Shown here in pieces: positions 19,039 to 28,119 of a stretch of 64,000 nucleotides of DNA. Below the pieces are notes generated by a model, which saw only the letters and a list, made by a program, of their open reading frames with translations, ran no database searches and was not told the DNA's origin. The DNA comes from an uncultured Acidobacteriota bacterium (lineage in GTDB: Bacteria; Acidobacteriota; UBA6911), in NCBI GenBank assembly GCA_964474425.1, contig CAYYTC010000006.1, positions 20,503-84,502 on the forward strand. The letters are read 5' to 3'. Positions within the stretch are counted from its first letter, which is position 1. Every line of letters starts with the position of its first letter. The translations under genes and the position numbers were made by a program.

Positions 19039-21062
19039 CCGCAATGCAAGTATTCGCCGGCTCCATGGCTGTTCTGGCCGCGACCTCCGTTCTTACGCTG
19101 CTGACGGCAGATCGCCGAAAAGTGGCCGGCGGGATTAATTTTGCCGGCACCGCCTGTGCGGCTCTGGGGATGCTGTGGCTCGCGGCCAGGGCGCTGTTTG
19201 CGGGCCCGCTGGAATTCGGGTATGGAAGCGTCCGTGTTCTGGGCCTGAGCGCACAGCTGGATTTTCGCATTGACGGCCTGAGCGCCCTTTTTCTCTCGAT
19301 TATCGCAATCCTTGTCACGGGCTCCGCTCTCTACAGCATCGGCTATCTCGATCACTACCGCCACGAAGGGCTGCGAAGGTACTATTTCCCCTTTCCGTTG
19401 TTCATGGCCGGCATGCTGGCGGTGGTGACCGCTGCCGACTGGTTCTGGTTCCTGGTTTTCTGGGAGGTCATGACGCTGACGTCCTATTTCCTGGTGGTCT
19501 TCGAAAACGACAACAAGGAAAACCTTTCGGCCGGATTCCTATATTTTTTCATGACGCATCTCACGTCGGCCGGGCTGATGGTCGCGGTGATGTTCCTGGC
19601 GAACAGGTCCGGCTCATTTGCCTTTGCGGCGCTTCCGGACCTGTTTAACAACCTTGCCTACACGAACCCGGCCGGCCTTCACCTCCTCCTGCTCCTCTTC
19701 TTCATCGCATTCGGGACCAAGGCGGGGATGTATCCCCTCGGTGTCTGGCTGCCCGCCGCGCATCCCGCGGCTCCGGCCAGCGTCAGCGCACTGCTCTCGG
19801 GCGTCATGATCAAAATCGGGGTCTACGGAATGCTGCGGGTCTTCGTCTGGATGCTCCCGGTAGTTTCGGCGGCCGTCCTCTGGGGAACCGTTATCGCCAC
19901 CTTCGGGATTATTTCCATGGCGGTCGGGACACTGCGCGCGCTGGGTGAACACGACTGCAAAAGGCTGCTGGCCCAGAGCAGCATCGGCCAGATGGGATAC
20001 ATCCTGCTCGGTCTGGGGCTCGGCATGGTTTTCATGTCCCGCAGCCCGGTTTTCGGCGTGATCGCGCTGATCGGCTGCCTCTACCACATTGTCAATCATG
20101 CCTGCTTCAAATCCCTGCTCTTTTTCAATACCGGTTCACTGTTGTTCCGGACAGGCACGCGGAACCTGGATAAGATGGGCGGCATGATACAGCTGATGCC
20201 GGTGGCCGGGGCATGCGCCATCGTTGGAGCGCTTTCCATCGCCGGAGTCCCCCCTTTCAACGGCTTCGTCAGCAAATGGCTTCTCTACCAGAGCGCCATC
20301 TTTGGGAAGCCTGCATCCGTTTTCATCGTGTACGCCGTCATCGCAATTTTCATGAGCACGGTTACCCTGGCCTATTTCATCAAGTACCTGGGCACCGCCT
20401 ATCTCGGCACGATGCCGGAACGTTTTGCCGGCAGCCCCCACGGATCTCCCCGGTCGATGGAAATCGTGCAGCTCGTGCTCGCGGCCGGATGCCTGATGCT
20501 TGGGATCTACCCGGCGACCGTGGTTCTGGTCCTGCTGGGAGTCCTGGAACCTGCCCTGAGCATAGCCAATTCCCGTCTGGCCCAGGGGGCGCTCGGCGCT
20601 TTGCCGTGGCTCGGGATGAAGCTGGACCTGAATTCTGTAAGCACGGCCGCTGCGGGCCCCGCCATCATACTGGCGGCGCTCGCCGCCTGTGCAGGTATTG
20701 CGTATCTGATATATCGCAGCGTCCAGGTGGAGAGCCGGCCCGCATCCATCTGGAATTGCGGGGAAGTTGTTTCCGACGAAGCGGTGCGCTATCGCGCCAG
20801 CAGTTTTTACAAGCCGTTCCGGAACCTGATCAGCCCTGTGTACCGGAAAATCCGGTGGCCCCGGATTTCTCCGCCTCAATCCTTCGCGCGCAGCCTGGAC
20901 CTGGACCGCTGGTTGTACTTTCCAATAGGTTCTGCCTTTGTCCGCATCGGCAGGGCTTTCAGCAGGATTCATAACGGCGTGCCTCAGTTCTACCTCCTAT
21001 GGCAGGTGGTGGGGCTCGTCCTTTCCGTTATGTTTGTTTTCTGGTTGATGGGAGGAAAATAA
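19035..21062 (+). CDS. hydrogenase-4/formate hydrogenlyase antiporter-like membrane subunit (HyfB/HycC, NuoL-like)
   Basis: 675 aa, about 16 TM, conserved WLPxAHxAPxPVSALL motif. ATGA overlap with the upstream gene. Confidence 0.85.
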   Translation: MTAMQVFAGSMAVLAATSVLTLLTADRRKVAGGINFAGTACAALGMLWLAARALFAGPLEFGYGSVRVLGLSAQLDFRIDGLSALFLSIIAILVTGSALYSIGYLDHYRHEGLRRYYFPFPLFMAGMLAVVTAADWFWFLVFWEVMTLTSYFLVVFENDNKENLSAGFLYFFMTHLTSAGLMVAVMFLANRSGSFAFAALPDLFNNLAYTNPAGLHLLLLLFFIAFGTKAGMYPLGVWLPAAHPAAPASVSALLSGVMIKIGVYGMLRVFVWMLPVVSAAVLWGTVIATFGIISMAVGTLRALGEHDCKRLLAQSSIGQMGYILLGLGLGMVFMSRSPVFGVIALIGCLYHIVNHACFKSLLFFNTGSLLFRTGTRNLDKMGGMIQLMPVAGACAIVGALSIAGVPPFNGFVSKWLLYQSAIFGKPASVFIVYAVIAIFMSTVTLAYFIKYLGTAYLGTMPERFAGSPHGSPRSMEIVQLVLAAGCLMLGIYPATVVLVLLGVLEPALSIANSRLAQGALGALPWLGMKLDLNSVSTAAAGPAIILAALAACAGIAYLIYRSVQVESRPASIWNCGEVVSDEAVRYRASSFYKPFRNLISPVYRKIRWPRISPPQSFARSLDLDRWLYFPIGSAFVRIGRAFSRIHNGVPQFYLLWQVVGLVLSVMFVFWLMGGK

Positions 21063-22760
21063 ATGACGACTTCGGCGGATCTGATTGCAGCGGTACAGGA
21101 ACGGTTTCCCGGAGCCCTGGTATCCAGCGAGCAGCCGAGCCGGGACCGGCTGTTTTTGACGGTAACACGGGAAAGCATGCCGCGGGTTGCGGACTACCTG
21201 TTCAATTCTGCGGGGGCAAGACTCATCCTGTCCTCGGGGACGGACAAGAGTCCGATCAACGGGACTTACGAGGTGACCTACATTTTCTGCCTGGATCAGG
21301 ACAATCTGATCCTCGCCGTCAAGGAAATCGTGGACCCCGCCGACCCGCGCATACCATCGCTGACCAACATCATTCCGGGGGCGGACTGGCACGAGCGCGA
21401 GATGTACGACATGATGGGCATCGTTCCCCAGGGGCATCCGGATCCGCGGCGCCTGGTGGTTTCCGACGACTGGCCTGAAGATGTCTACCCGCTGCGCAAG
21501 GAGGTTCCGTACAACTTCAAGCCGCCGCGCGTTGCGGAAGTCAAGCCGCCGATGCGTGAGCCCAGGGAGGGTGAGAAGCAGGCTACGATCCTGAATGTCG
21601 GTCCTTTTTTCCCGACGCTGGAAGAGCCGGCCTATTTCCGCCTGTACGTGGAGGGGGAGAAGATTGTCGGCAGCGATTATAGGGGCTTTTTCGCCCACCG
21701 CGGCATTGAAAAGCTGACCGAAACCGTGATGGACTACAACCAGGTGCCCTTTATCGCGGAGCGCATCTGCGGAATCTGCGGTTTTGTTCACAGCGCCACT
21801 TACTGCATGGCGGTGGAGCAGGCGGCCGGGATTGAAACCCCGCCGCGCGCAAAGTATATCCGCTCCATCATGCTGGAGCTGGAGCGCGTGCACAGCCATC
21901 TGCTATGGCTGGGCCTGGCCGCGCACTATCTCGGCTTCGATACCGTTCTGATGCAGGCCTGGAGAATCCGCGAACCGATCATGTGGCTGACCGAGGAAAT
22001 TACCGGCAACCGCAAAACCTTCGGAATGAACCTGCCGGGCGGAGTGCGCCGCGATATTGATGCCGCCACGGCGGAAAAAATACTCAAGACGCTCGAAAAG
22101 GTGGACTCGGAGACCCGGGAGTTGATCGAAGCCGCGGTCGAGGACAACTCGCTGAAAATGCGCCTGGAACATGTGGGCGTTCTCAGCAAGGAGGATGCCC
22201 GCAAGGTTTGCGTGGTGGGGCCCACCGCCCGGGCTTCCGGCGTGGCGATCGATGTCCGGAAGGACCGCCCCTATCTGGCCTATCCCGACCTGGATTTCAA
22301 AGTCGCGGTTCAGGAAGGCTGCGACATATGGGCCCGGACGCTGGTGCGCGCCGAAGAGGTCTTCAGCGCAATTTCCCTGATGCGGCAGATGATCGAAAAG
22401 ATGCCCTCCGGGGAAATCATGGCTGATGTCGGTCCGATTGCGCCGTGGCGCGAGGGTATCGCGACCGTTGAAGCCCCGCGCGGCGAGTGTTGCCACTACG
22501 TGATAACGGGGCCGGACAACCGGCCGTACCGCTGGCGCGTCCGCGCCTCGACCTATCCCCAGCTCCAGTCCATTCCCAGGATGCTGGACAACATGAGCGT
22601 GGCCGATTTCCCCATCATCGTGGGCAGCATCGATCCCTGCTTTTCCTGCACGGAGAGGGTTATCACGGTGGATGCAAGAAGCCGGAAGATCCGGACCTAT
22701 TCCGGGGAAGAGCTTTTGGCCTTGAGCCGAAGAAACAGCGGACAAGGGAGACGTTCGTGA
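21063..22760 (+). CDS. group-4 [NiFe]-hydrogenase large subunit (HycE/HyfG type, NuoC-NuoD fusion)
   Basis: N-terminal Ni-Fe ligand motif RICGICGFVHS and C-terminal DPCFSCTERV. 565 aa with a NuoC-like N-terminal segment. Confidence 0.9.
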   Translation: MTTSADLIAAVQERFPGALVSSEQPSRDRLFLTVTRESMPRVADYLFNSAGARLILSSGTDKSPINGTYEVTYIFCLDQDNLILAVKEIVDPADPRIPSLTNIIPGADWHEREMYDMMGIVPQGHPDPRRLVVSDDWPEDVYPLRKEVPYNFKPPRVAEVKPPMREPREGEKQATILNVGPFFPTLEEPAYFRLYVEGEKIVGSDYRGFFAHRGIEKLTETVMDYNQVPFIAERICGICGFVHSATYCMAVEQAAGIETPPRAKYIRSIMLELERVHSHLLWLGLAAHYLGFDTVLMQAWRIREPIMWLTEEITGNRKTFGMNLPGGVRRDIDAATAEKILKTLEKVDSETRELIEAAVEDNSLKMRLEHVGVLSKEDARKVCVVGPTARASGVAIDVRKDRPYLAYPDLDFKVAVQEGCDIWARTLVRAEEVFSAISLMRQMIEKMPSGEIMADVGPIAPWREGIATVEAPRGECCHYVITGPDNRPYRWRVRASTYPQLQSIPRMLDNMSVADFPIIVGSIDPCFSCTERVITVDARSRKIRTYSGEELLALSRRNSGQGRRS

Positions 22761-23659
22761 CAAACATCGCTATCGGCGTCTTCAATATACTGCTGGTCCT
22801 CCTTGCCGCGCCTCTGCTGGACGGCGTTTTGCGAAAGGTGCGGGCTTTGATTCATTCGCGGCAGGGGCCTCCCGTGTTGCAGACCTATTACGACCTGGCC
22901 AAGTTGATGGTGAAAGAGGACCAGAGCGCGGTCAACAATTTCCTGTTTAATGCCGCGCCGATTGTTTGCCTGGCTTCCGTCCTGCTGGCCGCCCTTTTTA
23001 TTCCCATGGGCGGGGTGGTTCCGCTGGGATTTGCCGGGGACGCGCTGGTGCTGATGTACATCCTGACGCTGGCCCCGATCTTCCTGTGCCTGGGCGGTAT
23101 GGCTTCGGGCAGCCCTTACGCATATGTCGGCGCGAGCCGGGAAATAATGATGCTGATGGTGGTCGAGCCGGTTCTTGCGATCACGCTGATTGCCACGGCG
23201 GTCAAGGCCAACTCGCTGCTGCTTGCGAACTGCATCGAACGGTACGTGTCCGGCCCCCCGGATATTTCTCTGATTATCTGCGCCATTGCCTTCTTTCTCG
23301 CCCTCCAGCCGGAAGTCGCCAAGGTTCCTTTCGACCTGGCCGAAGCCGAACAGGAAATCATGGAGGGCCCGCTGGTCGAATATTCGGGCCGCAAGCTGGC
23401 GCTGCTCAAGTGGTCGATGTATTCCAAGCAGATTGTATTTATCGCCCTGCTGGCCGGAGTCTTCCTCCCCTGGCCCAGGACGGGATTTTTGCCGTTGAGC
23501 GTCGTATTCACGCTTTTGAAGGTCCTGGGGATCGCCGTGCTGGTGGAGGTGATCGCCCTGGTGTTCCCGCGGCTTAAGATCAACCAGGCGATCCGCTATT
23601 TCGCCATAGTGATCGCCGTCGCCTTGACGGGTTTGATACTTGCCGTCATGGGTCTATAA
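22757..23659 (+). CDS. formate hydrogenlyase membrane subunit HycD/HyfC (NuoH-like)
   Basis: GTG start overlapping the hycE stop (GTGA). N-terminus ...LLDGVLRKVRALIHSRQGPPVLQTYYDLAKL is a classic NuoH/HycD signature. Confidence 0.85.
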   Translation: MTNIAIGVFNILLVLLAAPLLDGVLRKVRALIHSRQGPPVLQTYYDLAKLMVKEDQSAVNNFLFNAAPIVCLASVLLAALFIPMGGVVPLGFAGDALVLMYILTLAPIFLCLGGMASGSPYAYVGASREIMMLMVVEPVLAITLIATAVKANSLLLANCIERYVSGPPDISLIICAIAFFLALQPEVAKVPFDLAEAEQEIMEGPLVEYSGRKLALLKWSMYSKQIVFIALLAGVFLPWPRTGFLPLSVVFTLLKVLGIAVLVEVIALVFPRLKINQAIRYFAIVIAVALTGLILAVMGL

Positions 23660-23677
23660 GGGATTCGGGAAACAACG

Positions 23678-24205
23678 ATGATACCGCTTTTGAAAGAAGC
23701 CTGGATTTGCCTGCGGGCCGGCCGCGTGACGCTGCCGTATCCGCTGAAACCGACGAAAGCTCCGCCTCGATTCCGCGGGCGCCCGAGCATCGATGGAGAC
23801 AAATGCATCGGGTGCGGCGCCTGCGCGGAAGTGTGTCCTCCACGGTTGATTACGGTCACCGATGAGGGCGCTACCCGTCGCATTTCCATGGATTATTCCC
23901 GGTGCACCTACTGCGCGCGCTGTCAGGAAATATGTCCGGTCCAGAGCGCCAGGCTCACCGAGGATTTTGAGGACGCCACAGCCGACCGCGCCGACTTGAC
24001 GGTCGCAGTGGAATTGGAACTCGCTCCGTGCAGGAACTGCGGCACGCCGTTCATCACCCGGCGAATGCTGGCCAAGCTGTCCGATGAATTCTCCCCTCCC
24101 TGGATGAAGGAAAAGCTTGAAGCTCCGGACTGGTTCCAGCTGTGCCCGGATTGCCGGCTCGAAAAAACAGGGGCCGCCATAGACAGGAGCGTCAAACATG
24201 AGTAG
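23678..24205 (+). CDS. formate hydrogenlyase 2x[4Fe-4S] subunit HycF/HyfH (NuoI-like)
   Basis: CIGCGACAEVCP and CTYCARCQEICP motifs, 175 aa. Confidence 0.85.
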   Translation: MIPLLKEAWICLRAGRVTLPYPLKPTKAPPRFRGRPSIDGDKCIGCGACAEVCPPRLITVTDEGATRRISMDYSRCTYCARCQEICPVQSARLTEDFEDATADRADLTVAVELELAPCRNCGTPFITRRMLAKLSDEFSPPWMKEKLEAPDWFQLCPDCRLEKTGAAIDRSVKHE

Positions 24206-24863
24206 CTATGCGATCATGTACATCAGCCTGCTCATGATTGTGACTTCGCTGGTGGCGATGGAGTGGCGCAGGCTTCCGGAAGCCGTTCACACATACCAGG
24301 TCCAATCGGTGCTGATTGCGCTGATCTTCGCCATTTATGCCTATTCGCTCAAAAATCCCGCGTTGTACTACTGGAGCGCCACCGCGCTGGTCAGCAAGGG
24401 GATCGTGGTTCCGTGGCTGCTTCGACGCTACGTTTTGAAAGTGCACGCAAAGGAAACCCCGCCGCTGCTGAGCCTGCTGCCGTCCCAGGCTTTCGCGATC
24501 CTGGTTTCGCTGCTGGCATTCGGCTGGGCCTTTAAGCATCACGCGGACCTGGTGCTCCTGCCCGGACTGGCCGGGGAGCCCTACCGCATGAATTCCGCGG
24601 TGGCCGCGACGGTGCTCGCCATCGGCTTTTTCGCCTTGTTGACGAGGAAGGACGCCTTCAAGATCGTCATCGGCCTGTGCCTGCTGGAGAACGGCGTTCA
24701 TATGAGCCTGATCAGCCTGGCTCCGTCCATCCCGGAAACAGCCCTGATCGGCGTGGTGACCGACGTGGTTGTCTCGGTCCTTATGCTTCTTTATATCGTC
24801 ACCGGGGTTTATCGATCGGCGGGTTCCCTCGACACATCCAACATGGCGAAGTTGCGTGGCTGA
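24198..24863 (+). CDS. hydrogenase-4 membrane subunit HyfE-like
   Basis: 221 aa, about 6 TM, position and size equivalent to HyfE between HycF and HyfF. Confidence 0.7.
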   Translation: MSSYAIMYISLLMIVTSLVAMEWRRLPEAVHTYQVQSVLIALIFAIYAYSLKNPALYYWSATALVSKGIVVPWLLRRYVLKVHAKETPPLLSLLPSQAFAILVSLLAFGWAFKHHADLVLLPGLAGEPYRMNSAVAATVLAIGFFALLTRKDAFKIVIGLCLLENGVHMSLISLAPSIPETALIGVVTDVVVSVLMLLYIVTGVYRSAGSLDTSNMAKLRG

Positions 24864-24878
24864 AAGAGGATTCTCAAA

Positions 24879-26483
24879 GTGACAGAATCGATGCTATTAA
24901 TCTGGCTGTTCCTGATACCCGCAATAGCGGCGCTAGCGGAATATGCCCTGGGCAGAAAATATCCGGCTTCGGCCGGCAGGATCGCGATCCTGGGATCGAC
25001 GGCGGCATTCGGCGTTTCCGTGGCGATGGTCTGCCGGCTGCTGGGCGGCGATCGCCTGGTCGCAATGGGACACCAGCTGCACGCCGACGCTTTCGCGGGC
25101 TTTGTGGCCTTGGTCGTTTCCTTCGTGGGGTGGGCCACGACGATCTTCGCCTATCCATACCTGCGCCATGAAGTGAAGGAAGGGAAAGTCGCCGTCGAGC
25201 GCCTGCCGCTTTACTATGTCTGGAGCATGGTGTTCCTCAGCACGATGACGGCGGTGACCGTCAACAACAACATCATCATGATGTATGTGCTCGTCGAGGC
25301 AACGACCCTGGCATCCGCTCTCCTGGTGACCTTTTACTGGAAGCCTGAATCCCTGGAGGCCGGCTACAAATACCTGCTGCTGTGTTCGGTAGGCATTACG
25401 ATCGGCCTGTTGGGCTGCGTGATCATTTACGCTTCGGCCGTCCCCCTGGTTGGCGGCGCCAATGCGATGCTGATAACCGAAATCGCCAAGGTCGCCGGAA
25501 AGTTCCCGCCTATGGTCGTGCTCGTGGCGGGAGTCCTCCTGATCATCGGTTTTGGATCCAAGGCGGGTTTTGTACCCTTCCATGCGTGGCTGCCCGACGC
25601 TCATTCGCAATCCCCCAGCCCGGTCAGCGCCCTGCTGTCCGGTGTGACCATAAAGGTTGCGATTTACGCCATCGCACGGATAGCAACGCTTTTTTACCCG
25701 GGTCACAGCGCGCTGGGAACCTTCGGGATTATCCTGGGGGCGGTCACGATGCTGGCGGGGATAGTGATTGCCTATCAGCAGACCGACCTGAAGCGCATGC
25801 TGGCCTACAGCAGCGTCAGCCAGATGGGCTATATAATACTCGGGCTCAGCATCGGCACCTACCTCGGCTTCTACGGCGCCATCTATCACCTGCTCAACCA
25901 CGCGGTCAACAAGGCGATGCTCTTCCTGTGCAGCGGCATACTGCTGTATTCCTTCGGCACAACAGACATGCAGCTATTGGGCGCGAAGAAGCACCGCCGT
26001 CTGACGGCGGTCTGTTTTTTCATCGGTGCGCTCGGGATCGGGGGCATGCCGCCCCTGAATGGGTTCTGGAGCAAATTCGGAATTTACGTGGCGGCGGCCC
26101 AGGCGCACCTGTGGTGGGCCTTTGGCATCGCCCTATTCACCAGCCTGCTGACGCTCGCGGTTTTGATCCGGGCCGGCGCCCGCATGTTTCTGCAGGACAG
26201 CCACGCCGTCCACGCCTACGAATTGCCTTTTCAGCCTGCGGCAATTGCCGCCCCAACCGCGGCCGGCGCGATAACGGCCATGCAGGATGCTCACGCGTCG
26301 GGCGGGGCAGGGCCCGAAAGAGCGCATCCCTGCCCGGTGGCCATGAATGCCGTGATTGTGGCCATGACGCTGCTGATCCTCGCTACGGGCCTGAATCTGG
26401 GATTCGTGAACCGGCTGATCGATTTATCAGTCAAAGCTCTGCTGCAGCAGATGGCGGGAGGTTCGGTCGATGTCACTCTATAA
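24879..26483 (+). CDS. hydrogenase-4 antiporter-like membrane subunit HyfF (NuoN/L-like)
   Basis: 534 aa, GTG start, conserved HAWLPDAHSQSPSPVSALLSG motif. Confidence 0.8.
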   Translation: MTESMLLIWLFLIPAIAALAEYALGRKYPASAGRIAILGSTAAFGVSVAMVCRLLGGDRLVAMGHQLHADAFAGFVALVVSFVGWATTIFAYPYLRHEVKEGKVAVERLPLYYVWSMVFLSTMTAVTVNNNIIMMYVLVEATTLASALLVTFYWKPESLEAGYKYLLLCSVGITIGLLGCVIIYASAVPLVGGANAMLITEIAKVAGKFPPMVVLVAGVLLIIGFGSKAGFVPFHAWLPDAHSQSPSPVSALLSGVTIKVAIYAIARIATLFYPGHSALGTFGIILGAVTMLAGIVIAYQQTDLKRMLAYSSVSQMGYIILGLSIGTYLGFYGAIYHLLNHAVNKAMLFLCSGILLYSFGTTDMQLLGAKKHRRLTAVCFFIGALGIGGMPPLNGFWSKFGIYVAAAQAHLWWAFGIALFTSLLTLAVLIRAGARMFLQDSHAVHAYELPFQPAAIAAPTAAGAITAMQDAHASGGAGPERAHPCPVAMNAVIVAMTLLILATGLNLGFVNRLIDLSVKALLQQMAGGSVDVTL

Positions 26484-26967
26484 AACGCTGGTCGAGAAAT
26501 TTTTCAGGCGCTCCTTATGGGTCTACCATGCGAATGCAGGCGGATGCAACGGGTGCGACATCGAGGAGATCAACGCATTCACTCCTTACTACGATGCGGA
26601 GCGGTTCGGGCTGAAGCTGGTGGGCTCGCCGCGGCATGCCGATATCCTGCTGGTTTCAGGGCCTGTGACGCGCAACGTGGAATCACGGCTGAAGCTTCTT
26701 TATGAAGCGGTGCCGAATCCGAAGGTGGTGATCGCGTGCGGGTCTTGTGCCGTGGGCGGCGGGCTGTGGTTTGATTCGTATCACGTGCTCGGGGGGTGCG
26801 ATAAAGTCATCCCGGTGGATTTCTATATCCCGGGGTGCCCTCCCAGGCCGGAAGCGATCCTTTGGGGCGCAGCCGTTGCCATGGGCCTGGTCAAGGGGAA
26901 GGCGCAGCCTTACCGCTACCGCCAGGAGGATGCGGAGGCCGAGGCGAAGGCGAAGCTGGCTTCATGA
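26470..26967 (+). CDS. group-4 [NiFe]-hydrogenase small subunit HycG/HyfI (NuoB-like)
   Basis: Proximal-cluster ligands CNGCDIE, GSCAVGGG, PGCPP. 165 aa. Confidence 0.9.
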   Translation: MSLYKTLVEKFFRRSLWVYHANAGGCNGCDIEEINAFTPYYDAERFGLKLVGSPRHADILLVSGPVTRNVESRLKLLYEAVPNPKVVIACGSCAVGGGLWFDSYHVLGGCDKVIPVDFYIPGCPPRPEAILWGAAVAMGLVKGKAQPYRYRQEDAEAEAKAKLAS

Positions 26968-27446
26968 TGCGCGAAGCGGCGGAGTTGGAAAAGGGACTGA
27001 AGCAGCGGCTGAAAGGCAGGGTGCTGCTGGTAGGCGCCGGCAACACGCTTCGCGGCGACGATGGGGCAGGTCCGGCGGTTGTGTCCCTGTTGGAAGGCAG
27101 AGTGACGGCGAGCCTGCTCGATGCCGGGGAAGCGCCGGAAAACTATTCGGGCAGGATCCTGGCTGAACAGCCGGATACGGTTGTCCTGATTGATGCGGCC
27201 GATTTTGGGGCGGCGCCGGGGGATCTGGCCATTCTGGAAGCGGAAGATATGGCGAAGGTGGGCGTGTCCACGCATCGGATCCCTTTGGAGGTTTTGTTCC
27301 GCTACATAAGGGAAAATAGCGGAGCGGACATGTTTGCGCTCGGGATACAGCCGGCCGGGATCGGATTTGGAGAATCCCTGAGCCCCGCCGTATCAAATTC
27401 GGTAAAGGCGCTGGCGGAGATCTTGCGGCGGCTGCTCCCGGCCTAA
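26964..27446 (+). CDS. hydrogenase maturation endopeptidase HycI-type
   Basis: LLVGAGNTLRGDDGAGP motif. ATGA overlap with hycG. Confidence 0.8.
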   Translation: MMREAAELEKGLKQRLKGRVLLVGAGNTLRGDDGAGPAVVSLLEGRVTASLLDAGEAPENYSGRILAEQPDTVVLIDAADFGAAPGDLAILEAEDMAKVGVSTHRIPLEVLFRYIRENSGADMFALGIQPAGIGFGESLSPAVSNSVKALAEILRRLLPA

Positions 27447-27476
27447 GAAAAAACTAGGAACGCAGATTTTTATTTT

Positions 27477-27508
27477 CAGCGTTCAACGTTCAAACGTTCA
27501 ACGTTTTT
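27477..27508 (+). repeat. tandem heptamer repeat (CGTTCAA)x3 followed by a T-run, in the hycI-hycB intergenic gap
   Basis: cagCGTTCAACGTTCAAACGTTCAACGTTTTTat. Contains self-complementary AACGTT cores, so small hairpins followed by TTTTT are possible. Confidence 0.5.
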
Positions 27509-27521
27509 ATCGGCAGGTGTA

Positions 27522-28049
27522 ATGATGAACACACTGGTTATCGCGGATCCGGGAAAATGTATCGGCTGCCGCACCTGTGAGGTGGCCTGTGTGCTGGCCC
27601 ATTCCGCACCGGATGCATTGTCAAAACTGGCTCCCGCATTCTTTATTCCCCGCATGAAGGTGGTCAAAACATCCAGGGTGAGCACTCCGGTCCAGTGCCG
27701 GCAATGCGAGGATGCTCCCTGCGCCAAGGTTTGCGCTACGGGCGCGCTGATCCACAGCCACGACTCGATACAGGTGATCCAGTCGCGCTGTATCGGCTGC
27801 AAGAGCTGTGTCATGGCCTGTCCCTACGGCGCCATGGAAGTGGTGACGCACGAATCGTTCGCCGACCGGCGTCCCCCGGCAGGCGCCAACGTTGTGGAAG
27901 CTTATAAGTGCGACCTCTGCGTCCACCGCTCCCAGGGCCCGGCCTGCATTGAAGTGTGCCCGACCAAAGCGCTCTACACCATCGACGCCAAGGTGCTCGA
28001 AGACAAGGCGCGCAAGCGGCGGGAGCAGGCGGCGCTTGCCCAATTGTAA
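27522..28049 (+). CDS. formate hydrogenlyase ferredoxin subunit HycB/HyfA-type (4x[4Fe-4S])
   Basis: 175 aa with CIGCRTCEVAC, CRQCEDAPCAKVC, CIGCKSCVMACP, CDLCVHRSQGPACIEVCP. Confidence 0.8.
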   Translation: MMNTLVIADPGKCIGCRTCEVACVLAHSAPDALSKLAPAFFIPRMKVVKTSRVSTPVQCRQCEDAPCAKVCATGALIHSHDSIQVIQSRCIGCKSCVMACPYGAMEVVTHESFADRRPPAGANVVEAYKCDLCVHRSQGPACIEVCPTKALYTIDAKVLEDKARKRREQAALAQL

Positions 28050-28119
28050 AAGGAAGAAGCCGGGAGCCGGAATTTGAAAGCTGTTTTTTCCCGGCTTCTC
28101 AATCATTCACACGAAGAGG

